From the NCBI GenBank assembly GCA_964501035.1, contig CAZCRK010000002.1:1-64000 (forward strand): 64,000 nt of DNA, in the 5' to 3' direction. The position numbers and the translations under genes were made by a program. Every line of letters starts with the position of its first letter. The first letter of the stretch is position 1. Positions 48,101 to 55,981 of the stretch are shown in pieces. The notes below the pieces were generated by a model. It worked only from the letters and a program-made list of their open reading frames with translations. It had not been told where the DNA came from and made no database searches.

Positions 48101-49241
48101 TTTGCATAATATGTTTGGTTTAACTGGAGTTTCAGATGGCTCATCTGACCTTGGAATCATTCATGGAGTCAATGGTACGTTTACAGAAGGAATGTCATTT
48201 AACTATAATGGTGGAAATAATTGGATTGATAATTTGCAAGCTACAGATGGTTTTGCAATTTTAATGAATGAATCACCAAACTATACAACTGCAGTTGCTT
48301 ATGATCATACAGAATATCCTACGTATCGAACTATAGGTGCATCTCATGAATTAGGTGGTTTATCTGGTGTTGATTCGGATGCATATATTGCAGGTATATT
48401 AGAATTTTTCAACACTGGTGGAACAGATCCAAATGAATGTGTAGGTGGTGATATTAATTATGATGGCAGTAATGATATAACTGATGTAGTACGTATGGTC
48501 AATATTATTGTTGGCATAGGTGATATTGCAACCGATGATGAATTATGTGCTGCAGATATTAATACCGATGGAGAAGTTAACATATTAGATGTTTTGTTAA
48601 ACATTAATATTATCTTAGGTGCTAACAGAACTTCTTCAAGAGGTGAATTTATAGCAGAATCTGTAATTATTAAATCTTCTGAATCAGAAATGTATATGAA
48701 TTCCCAAGGTAAAATTTTCGGAATTGAATTAGTTATCGAATCAAGTGATATCATCTTTAATGAAAATTTGGATATGGACATCATCTACAATACAAAAGAT
48801 GGAATTACCCATGCACTTATCTTTGGTTTTGATAAACAAAGTATAGAAGCAGGTGAGATAAAATTGTTTGATGCTCCGGATGGATTTGAAATTGTTTCTT
48901 CTATTTTTGTAAATTCTTTGGGTTCGGTTGCAACAACTTCAGAAGAGGAATACATTCAACCCGATAATTTTAGTTTACATCAGAATTATCCAAATCCATT
49001 TAACCCATCTACTCAGATTAGTTTTGAGTTAAGCTCTGCTCAGTATGTGACCTTGGCGGTTTTTGACATTACTGGAAGAGAAATTAAAACTCTTTCAAAT
49101 GGTGTATTAGAATCAGGTTCACATACTTTCTCGTGGAAAGGAAATGATGAAAATGGTCAACTAATGCCAACAGGGGTGTACTTGTATCGGTTGGAAAGTG
49201 CACAAAAAGTTGCTACCAAAAAAATGGTATTGATGAAGTAA
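45129..49241 (+). CDS. gingipain-like C25 cysteine peptidase with propeptide, Ig-like domains, dockerin and T9SS/FlgD-type C-terminal domain
   Basis: IAPSKGN, ILRELRGQ, LLLVGD, VGRFSAE, NYCGHGS (His), SVACDNG (Cys), FGDPS; GDINYDG/ADINTDG dockerin; QNYPNPFNPSTQI tail; GTG 45129 after AAGGAG. Confidence 0.92.
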   Translation: MATFTKYLLFIFMTGLYAHTWVGIQSDYPTKAEPQLVSSNIEHSVIDFSIDGYSLIPVHTQNGDAHIVRLDGASSLLDLGAPDLVKLTSSVIIPDNANMKISVISSEYQDYENVEIAPSKGNLSRKINPNDVPFIYGDMYNQDAFFPGKLAELRKPYILRELRGQTAIVYPFQYNPISKVLRVYTHITIQIESDGQNPVNAFQRSQNSIKVDAEFASLYAEQFENYDEIRYEQVGEEGSMLVVCYDGFMDAMQPFVDWKNMKGIPTEMVSLSSIGGSEFDIKNLAQERYLNNNLAFLLLVGDINQMPSLTVGSSKSDNAFAYVEGNDSYPEFFVGRFSAESIAHVNTQVERTINYERYPDATADWYHKGLGIASNQGPGDDNEYDNEHIENIRELLLDYNYTEVDAQYDYSGSVTGGINTINEGVSVINYCGHGSLTAWGNGAPLSSNDVNNLTNVNKLPFVWSVACDNGEFHLGTSFSEAWLRATDNGEPTGAIATLMSTISQSWAPPMDGQDEFNDILTESIENNIKRTFGGISMNGCMHMNDNYGGAGETETDYWTVFGDPSVVVRTDTPTPMTLSYDESILIGSQEFIVDVGFDGALVALSQNGELISSAYSDGGIAILDLADFANTPSTWNLVATAYNKLPYETELNVIAPDGPYVVFDGFIISDTDANGQADYNEDVHLSISAVNVGVEYAQDVCAYIESNDEYVTILEEGGYSCFGNLIAGGENVYSQSDYVIKLAGNVPDGHFIPIDITFTSGSNSWTSSFTLEAHAPVFEVANPIVIDENNDGVWDPGESAQIQVELINSGSSDFMYYPSANISTSNSNVTFSVDSETYYGIFAGETYIAVFSAIADSNTPTGTEVEFTIEWGAGINNDWCLDACPEIAIETFGAVIGHATILVWDASSVHTSGDRLVEYFDSHGIGGYDYITSNSIPSVEFYNTAFVFLGIYSDNHVLSETEASSLVQLLTNGGNVYLEGGDTWYFDVATSLHNMFGLTGVSDGSSDLGIIHGVNGTFTEGMSFNYNGGNNWIDNLQATDGFAILMNESPNYTTAVAYDHTEYPTYRTIGASHELGGLSGVDSDAYIAGILEFFNTGGTDPNECVGGDINYDGSNDITDVVRMVNIIVGIGDIATDDELCAADINTDGEVNILDVLLNINIILGANRTSSRGEFIAESVIIKSSESEMYMNSQGKIFGIELVIESSDIIFNENLDMDIIYNTKDGITHALIFGFDKQSIEAGEIKLFDAPDGFEIVSSIFVNSLGSVATTSEEEYIQPDNFSLHQNYPNPFNPSTQISFELSSAQYVTLAVFDITGREIKTLSNGVLESGSHTFSWKGNDENGQLMPTGVYLYRLESAQKVATKKMVLMK

Positions 49242-49260
49242 TAATTACTTACTTGAAGGG

Positions 49261-49293
49261 AAAGGGGGATGTCAATTGATGTCCCCTTTTTTT
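49261..49293 (+). terminator. intrinsic terminator
   Basis: GGGGATGTC-AATT-GATGTCCCC followed by T7. Confidence 0.75.
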
Positions 49294-49306
49294 ATAGCAA
49301 AGAAAA

Positions 49307-50446
49307 TTAATCATCTAAAAATAAATCAGATGTAATTTCATCTGTGAGTAGTATCCCTGAATCTGTTAATTTTAAGTAATTATTTTCCATTATTAAGTGA
49401 GATTCCCATTTGGCTAAATAAGGTGATAAGTATTGATGAATGTCTTCTGTGATAAATGTAGATAACTCATTTAGATTAACTCCGGAAGCTAATCGTAATC
49501 CATTTAACACATATTCATTGAAATGCATGGAGTCTGAAATATGTTCTTGTCCGTCTATAGGGAGTTCATTTTGTGATAATTTTTGTGTGTAATCGACAAG
49601 TGATCGATAATTCCACCAACGATTTTGACCATCATAACTATGTGAAGATGGTCCAAATGAAATGTATGGATTCATTTTCCAATAGTGGTTATTATGTTTA
49701 CATTCAAAATTGGGTTTAGCAAAATTTGATGTTTCATAGGGTAGATATCCAGCATTGTTAAGTATTTTTCTTGTGGTTGTAAACATGGCAATATCTAAAG
49801 TTTCCGAAGGGAGTTTAACTTTTTCCTTTTGAACTAAACGGTATAACAATGTTTCTTTTTCAACGGTAAGTGAATATGCAGAAACATGTTGAGGATTTAA
49901 TTCAATAATTTGATGTAAATGTTTTTCCCATAACTCCAGAGTTTGTCCAGGAATATCAAAAATCATATCTATACTGATGTTATCAAAGCCAGCTTTTCTT
50001 CCATAATGAAATGCATCAATACAGTCTGATGGTGAATGATGTCTGCTTAAAAACGTGAGCAAATGTTTGTCTAAGCTTTGAAAACCAATTGATAACCGAT
50101 TTATTCCTAACTTTCTAAACTCAATCAATTTTGTTAGAGAAATTTCTCCAGGATTTGCTTCAATTGATATTTCCTTTAACTCAGAAAAAGAAACAAACTT
50201 GCTTAATGAATTAAAAATAGTTTCGAAGTGTTTAGGATCTAAAAGAGAAGGGGTGCCACCACCAAAAAACAATGAATCAAATTTCCAATTATGTTCAAAT
50301 AATTTATGTGATAATTCTATCTCATGACAGATAGATTCTATAAATTTTGGAATTCGATTATTTTGCCCGGCTATTGAATAAAAATCACAATACATACATT
50401 TCGATTTACAAAATGGAATGTGAATGTATATACCAGCAGATTTCAC
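49307..50446 (-). CDS. hemW: radical SAM heme chaperone (HemN-like)
   Basis: IYIHIPFCKSKCMYCDF, GGGTPS, EANP, YETSNFA, HNNHYW. Confidence 0.9.
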   Translation of the reverse strand: MKSAGIYIHIPFCKSKCMYCDFYSIAGQNNRIPKFIESICHEIELSHKLFEHNWKFDSLFFGGGTPSLLDPKHFETIFNSLSKFVSFSELKEISIEANPGEISLTKLIEFRKLGINRLSIGFQSLDKHLLTFLSRHHSPSDCIDAFHYGRKAGFDNISIDMIFDIPGQTLELWEKHLHQIIELNPQHVSAYSLTVEKETLLYRLVQKEKVKLPSETLDIAMFTTTRKILNNAGYLPYETSNFAKPNFECKHNNHYWKMNPYISFGPSSHSYDGQNRWWNYRSLVDYTQKLSQNELPIDGQEHISDSMHFNEYVLNGLRLASGVNLNELSTFITEDIHQYLSPYLAKWESHLIMENNYLKLTDSGILLTDEITSDLFLDD

Positions 50447-52167
50447 TGTGTCTTTTTTCTAGACTGTATAGAAATAATACCTTCGATTATCATCCAGATT
50501 ATCAAAGTAGTCATTACCAATGTTATACCAAGTAGTAAAAAGTTTCCTTGGCTAAAAAAAGTTTGAGCTTTAACGATAAGTGAAATAAATGTAACAATCA
50601 TGATGAAAAACATGGGTATGATCAGAGGTAAAATTGGTTTTTTTCGTTGCCAAAAATATAGAGTTAAAATCATTAAGGTTAAGGCGGCTAACATTTGATT
50701 GCTCGCTCCAAATATTGGCCATAATACCCATGCTGTTTGCTTTAAAGCTCCTGTTGTCGGATCTGGAACAGACCAAAGAGTTAAAAATATTGCAGGGATT
50801 ACTGCTATTGCTGTTGCGATATATCTGTTTGTAAGTTGTTTTACTTTGATTGCACCACCAATTTCTGAAATGATAAACCGTTGAATCCGTGTTGCTGTAT
50901 CGAGTGTAGTTGCTGCAAATGATATAACTAAAACAGCCATAAGGGTTTTAGCCAAAGATGCTGATAATCCAAGTTGTTCTAATAACGCACCACCACCTAA
51001 AACAAATGCAGTTGCTTTATTAGTAGTTGCATGTGCCCATGAATCATAATAAACAGCCCAATTTAAATTGGATACTGCCCCGATGGAAGGGAGATTACAA
51101 TTTGTTACCAATGCAATACCAGCGACTGCAGCAATTGTGGAAGCTACAGCAAGGGTTCCTTCACCAAGCATTGCTCCATATCCGATCATTCGTGCATCAG
51201 ATAATGAGTTTACTTGTTTAGAAGTAGTACCCGAAGAAACTAATCCATGAAATCCACTAATTGCCCCACAAGCAATGGTAACAAATAACAAGGGGAAAAT
51301 AGGGGGGGAACTAGCATCTATCCCAGATCGAATTGCGGGAGCATCCACAACAGGTTGAGCAATAAAAATTCCTAGGAAAATTAATCCTAATCCGACAATT
51401 AGTTGGTGACTATTTATAAAGTCCCGTGGTTGTAGTAGTAGCCAAACTGGCAATAAACTTGCAATTGATGAGTATGCAAACAAAAAAATAATCCAAACAG
51501 TTTGAGTATTTTCTGACGCAATACCGAAGGTAGTCAAAGATATTGGTACTTTTGTACCAATCCACACAAATAAATATAGCACTGCAAGCGCAATTAGTGA
51601 TGGAATTAATGCATCAATTCCTTTTTTGTAAATAAGATACCCAATCAGAATTGCTAACAAAATTTCAATATTAATAGGTAAAACTGATGTTGGTACGGCT
51701 TGAAAAAGTCCTGCAATTGCCATGGCAAATACTGCAAGCACTAACCATACCATCAACATTACAAATATAAGAAACATTAATCGAGTCCGTGAATTAATAA
51801 CATTTGAAGTAATATCAGCAATCGACCGACCTTTTTCCTTTAAGCTGACGACTAGAGCTCCAAAATCATGTACAGCTCCCATGAAAATAGTACCTAAAAC
51901 AATCCATAATATTGCAGGTAACCACCCCCAATATGCTGCAATACATGGACCTATTATTGGTGCTGCACCTGCAATTGATGTAAAATGATGTCCAAATAAG
52001 ATATGTCGTTTAGTAGGTACAAAATCTACACCATCTTCAAATTCATGAGCTGGAGTTGTTAAAGTGTCACTTAAATCATATATTTTATTGGATAAATATT
52101 GACTATAAAATTTAAAAGCCAATCCGAACGCTGTTAAAGCGAGTATTGCAATTAATGCTGAATTCAA
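50443..52167 (-). CDS. cstA: carbon starvation protein A (peptide/pyruvate transporter)
   Basis: TPAH..DGVDFVP, GHHFTSIAGAAPI, LPVWLLLQPRD, TIACGAISGFH, WPIFGASNQ. Confidence 0.93.
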   Translation of the reverse strand: MNSALIAILALTAFGLAFKFYSQYLSNKIYDLSDTLTTPAHEFEDGVDFVPTKRHILFGHHFTSIAGAAPIIGPCIAAYWGWLPAILWIVLGTIFMGAVHDFGALVVSLKEKGRSIADITSNVINSRTRLMFLIFVMLMVWLVLAVFAMAIAGLFQAVPTSVLPINIEILLAILIGYLIYKKGIDALIPSLIALAVLYLFVWIGTKVPISLTTFGIASENTQTVWIIFLFAYSSIASLLPVWLLLQPRDFINSHQLIVGLGLIFLGIFIAQPVVDAPAIRSGIDASSPPIFPLLFVTIACGAISGFHGLVSSGTTSKQVNSLSDARMIGYGAMLGEGTLAVASTIAAVAGIALVTNCNLPSIGAVSNLNWAVYYDSWAHATTNKATAFVLGGGALLEQLGLSASLAKTLMAVLVISFAATTLDTATRIQRFIISEIGGAIKVKQLTNRYIATAIAVIPAIFLTLWSVPDPTTGALKQTAWVLWPIFGASNQMLAALTLMILTLYFWQRKKPILPLIIPMFFIMIVTFISLIVKAQTFFSQGNFLLLGITLVMTTLIIWMIIEGIISIQSRKKTQ

Positions 52168-52358
52168 ACCAATTCCTTAGAAAATAATTCCAAAAATTAA
52201 TTGTAGTTTATTATTTCTGCCTAATGCTTTAAATAAAATCATGGAATATTAATATTTTTCATTCCAATATAAAATAGTTTCGTCATATTTTTGACCTGCG
52301 TTTTCGGGTAAAACGCTTCATATTCAACCATTTATTTTCAACAACCACAAGGACACCA

Positions 52359-54329
52359 ATGTCACACTTTGATATTGAAACCAAAACCATTAATACTCTT
52401 AAAGGATTAATAATGGATATGGTTCGCAAAGCTAATTCTGGTCATACAGGAGGTGCACTTTCATCACTTGATTTTACATATGTCTTATACAATGATTTTC
52501 TAAAATTTAATCCTGATGATCCAAATTGGTTTAATAGAGATAGATTTGTGCTCTCGGCTGGACATGAATCAGCATTACTCTATTCAATTTTTACTCTAAT
52601 AGGTTGGATAAGTGTTGATGATTGTAAGCAATTTCGACAACTTGGTTCAAAGACTCCTGGTCACCCAGAACTTGGTGTTACGCCAGGTGTAGAAGCCACA
52701 AGTGGACCACTAGGCCAAGGTGTTGGACATGCTGTTGGAATGGCAGTTGCAGAAGCTATTTTATCTAAACAATTCGGCGAAGATGCAATAAATCATTATA
52801 CCTATGTTTTGCATGGTGATGGTGATATACAAGAACCCGTTGCACAAGGAGCAATTGCCTTAGCAGGACATTGGAAACTTGGAAAACTAATTGCTTACTA
52901 TGATGCCAATGAAAAACAAATTTCAGGTCATGTTAATCGGTCAGACTCTACAGATTATGCACAAATGTATGCTTCACATGGTTGGCATGTAATTGAAGTA
53001 GATGGTCATAATCGCGATGAAATAAGGTCTGCAATCCGTCAAGCACAAATGGAAATTGAAAAACCCACAGTCATCATAGGACGTACTATTATGGCGAAAG
53101 GGTGTGCAACAATGGAAGGTGATCATAATACACATGGTGCACCATTGTCACCGGAAGAAATTGCTCAAACCAAAAAGAAACTTGGACTAAACCCAGATGA
53201 ACACTTTGGTTTATCAGAAGATGTTGTTGACAATTTTCAACAGTCGTACAAATATGTCAGACAAGAAGTATCTGCATGGAATAAAGTCATTCAACAAAAA
53301 TGTGTAGTTACAGAGTTTGAAGTAAAATGGAATCAAATGCTTGATGGTGAATTTCCTGATATTGAATGGCCAAGATATGAAGCCAATCAAAGTGTTGCAA
53401 CACGTAAAGTTTGGGGCGGTGTAATTGAAGCAATTGCTGAACAATTTGAGCAATTAGTTGGTGGTTCAGCGGATTTAGAACCTTCTAATGTTACTGCTGG
53501 ATTTGCAAAAATGGTTAATGACTTTAATGCTGAAAATCATGCTGGACGAAATTTTGCATATGGAGTTCGAGAATTTCCCATGGGTGCTATCAATAATGGA
53601 ATTGGTTTGCATCGTGGTTTAAAAGCATTTGGGGCTACATTCTTTGTATTTTCTGATTATGAACGACCTGCACTTAGAATGAGAGCTTTACAGAACTTAC
53701 CTGTTGTTTCGGAATACACACATGATTCTTTTTATGTGGGTGAAGATGGACCAACACACCAACCAATTGAACATATTATGGCATGTAGGGCAATCCCTAA
53801 CTTGCTTGTACTGCGTCCGGGGGATGCAAATGAAGCTGTTGTTGCCTCACGAATTGCTTTTGAACAGAAAAATAGACCTTCAGTAATCCTGCTGACTCGT
53901 CAAGGTTTGCCTGTATTGGATAGAAATATTCATCCGTCAGCAGAAGAGTTTAGAAAGGGTGGCTATATTGTATCAGATTGTAAAGGTGTTCCTGAAGTTA
54001 CAATAATTGCAACTGGTTCTGAAGTTTGGGTAGCTCTTGAAACCAAAAAGTTGTTATCTGAGAAACAAGTAAGAGTAGTTAACCTGGGTTGTTGGAAGTT
54101 ATTTGAAGAACAATCTGCTGATTATAAAGAGTCCGTACTTGGTAGAAATTCTGGTTTTAGGGTTTCTATTGAAGCCGGAATTACTATGGGATGGGAGCGC
54201 TATACTGGCATAAATGGTCTAAATATTGGAATTGATACATTTGGTGAGTCTGCTCCGGGTGATGTTCTCGCTGATTATTTTGGATTAACTCCTGAAAAAG
54301 TTGCTCAAAAAATCGCCTCTGAAATTTAA
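52359..54329 (+). CDS. tkt: transketolase
   Basis: ANSGH, RDRFVLSAGH, TPGHPE, GPLGQG, GVREF, THDS..VGEDGPTHQP, FGESAP. Confidence 0.95.
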   Translation: MSHFDIETKTINTLKGLIMDMVRKANSGHTGGALSSLDFTYVLYNDFLKFNPDDPNWFNRDRFVLSAGHESALLYSIFTLIGWISVDDCKQFRQLGSKTPGHPELGVTPGVEATSGPLGQGVGHAVGMAVAEAILSKQFGEDAINHYTYVLHGDGDIQEPVAQGAIALAGHWKLGKLIAYYDANEKQISGHVNRSDSTDYAQMYASHGWHVIEVDGHNRDEIRSAIRQAQMEIEKPTVIIGRTIMAKGCATMEGDHNTHGAPLSPEEIAQTKKKLGLNPDEHFGLSEDVVDNFQQSYKYVRQEVSAWNKVIQQKCVVTEFEVKWNQMLDGEFPDIEWPRYEANQSVATRKVWGGVIEAIAEQFEQLVGGSADLEPSNVTAGFAKMVNDFNAENHAGRNFAYGVREFPMGAINNGIGLHRGLKAFGATFFVFSDYERPALRMRALQNLPVVSEYTHDSFYVGEDGPTHQPIEHIMACRAIPNLLVLRPGDANEAVVASRIAFEQKNRPSVILLTRQGLPVLDRNIHPSAEEFRKGGYIVSDCKGVPEVTIIATGSEVWVALETKKLLSEKQVRVVNLGCWKLFEEQSADYKESVLGRNSGFRVSIEAGITMGWERYTGINGLNIGIDTFGESAPGDVLADYFGLTPEKVAQKIASEI

Positions 54330-54413
54330 TAATATTTCCTATAAAACTCATTGGAAGCAGGATTATATTACCAATAAATTAATACTTTGTTTCTCGATAT
54401 AAAAGGAGCGGTA

Positions 54414-55946
54414 ATGAAAACACTAATTATATATGTATTTGTAATCTCGTTGATTTCTATGTCATTTATGCAAGATGATTCAGACCCCGTTATGACGGGT
54501 ACAATAGGTTCTGTCACTATTGATGGACAAATATACAATCAATTTGCGTTACGTCCTGAACTTTCGTTTGGTAAAGTTGGAGTAGGCTTAGACATTTATT
54601 TATACATCAATGAAGATGGTGGTTTGTACGAAGGGAATTGGGATTTCTCCGATGCTACATCAGCTTACCAAACCATTATTGACAAGATTTACTATATCAG
54701 ATGGGGTCAACCACAAGATCCATTTTATTTCAGAACGGGTGCATTGCCTTCTGCAACTTTAGGGCATGGTATTTTAGTAAATAGATATTCAAATGTAATG
54801 GAATATCCACAAGTTCGAAGAGTTGGGCTAGACCTAAAAGCTGAATTTAGTGGGTTTAAATTAGAATATATTCAATCTGATTTTAAACGAATACCTGGAG
54901 TGATGGGTATTCGCGGTTCAGTTGAATATTTTCCTAAAACCAGTATAGGAATCTCCTATGTAAGAGATGTTAACCAAATGGCTGGTTTGGTAGATTCAGA
55001 TGATGATGGTAGCCCTGATTATTTTGATGAAACTGATTATGATGACACAAGCATTATTGATGAGAACAACTATTATTCAACTTATCTAGAAATTTATACT
55101 GAGGTTAATGGTGATACTGTAGGCTTTTTACAAAGTTTTTCTGATTACATTGATTCGAAAGAAGTAGATCTTAAGAATGGTCTTAGCTCAGATGATGTTT
55201 CTGCAATTTCATTTGATATAACTTATAAACTTAATGATAGAATTTCATTGTATTCACAATTTGCTAAACTTATTGGTGAAACACGTAGTATTGATTTAAA
55301 TGATTTTGATACGAGTTTAGGATATGGGTTAGTTCCTCTAGGATTATCTGCTAAACTTGGAAGGATTCAATTTAATGCTGAATATAGGCAATCATCTCGT
55401 AACTTTGTATTTAATTATTGGGATCAGGCATATGATTTAGAACGGGTCATTATTGATACTAATAATACTGTACAAACTAAAGAAAGTCAATTATATAAGT
55501 ATGGTGCAATGAAAGGATTTTATGCTCAATTCACGGCTGATATTTACAATGTAATTGATATTGGGATTGGATATCAAGATATGACAGGGAAGAAAATGAA
55601 AAAGTTTTGTTCTGAAGAAGGAGATATTTTTGAAGAAAATTGTTTAGTTGTAGATGAAGATGATGTGTTTTATGCTTTTATTGACGATGATAACAAATCA
55701 TTTATTGCTACTGCGAACTTAAACACATCCATTATACCTAAGTTAAGAAAGGCAGAAGCATTCTATCAGCAATCAAATGTTGAAAATCCATTTGATTTTG
55801 AAAAGACTCCAAGTACGATACATGGCTACGATATTGGATTTGAAATATCAAGTGGTGTTTTGTTTGTGTATAAAGGCCGAACATCATACGATGCACATGG
55901 TGAAGCCATGTTTACATCTCAATTTGAAACACAAATTTTATTTTAG
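54414..55946 (+). CDS. hypothetical secreted/outer-membrane protein
   Basis: AAGGAG RBS, signal peptide, amphipathic beta strands, DSDDDGSPDYFD acidic motif, C-terminal Phe. Confidence 0.7.
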   Translation: MKTLIIYVFVISLISMSFMQDDSDPVMTGTIGSVTIDGQIYNQFALRPELSFGKVGVGLDIYLYINEDGGLYEGNWDFSDATSAYQTIIDKIYYIRWGQPQDPFYFRTGALPSATLGHGILVNRYSNVMEYPQVRRVGLDLKAEFSGFKLEYIQSDFKRIPGVMGIRGSVEYFPKTSIGISYVRDVNQMAGLVDSDDDGSPDYFDETDYDDTSIIDENNYYSTYLEIYTEVNGDTVGFLQSFSDYIDSKEVDLKNGLSSDDVSAISFDITYKLNDRISLYSQFAKLIGETRSIDLNDFDTSLGYGLVPLGLSAKLGRIQFNAEYRQSSRNFVFNYWDQAYDLERVIIDTNNTVQTKESQLYKYGAMKGFYAQFTADIYNVIDIGIGYQDMTGKKMKKFCSEEGDIFEENCLVVDEDDVFYAFIDDDNKSFIATANLNTSIIPKLRKAEAFYQQSNVENPFDFEKTPSTIHGYDIGFEISSGVLFVYKGRTSYDAHGEAMFTSQFETQILF

Positions 55947-55981
55947 TTGAAATTTTACAAGACGAAAGTAATTAAGAGTAA

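Noticed and set aside
52298..52316. Hairpin GCGTTTT-CGGGT-AAAACGC upstream of tkt as a regulatory RNA
   Set aside because: A single 7-bp stem with no recognisable aptamer or terminator context
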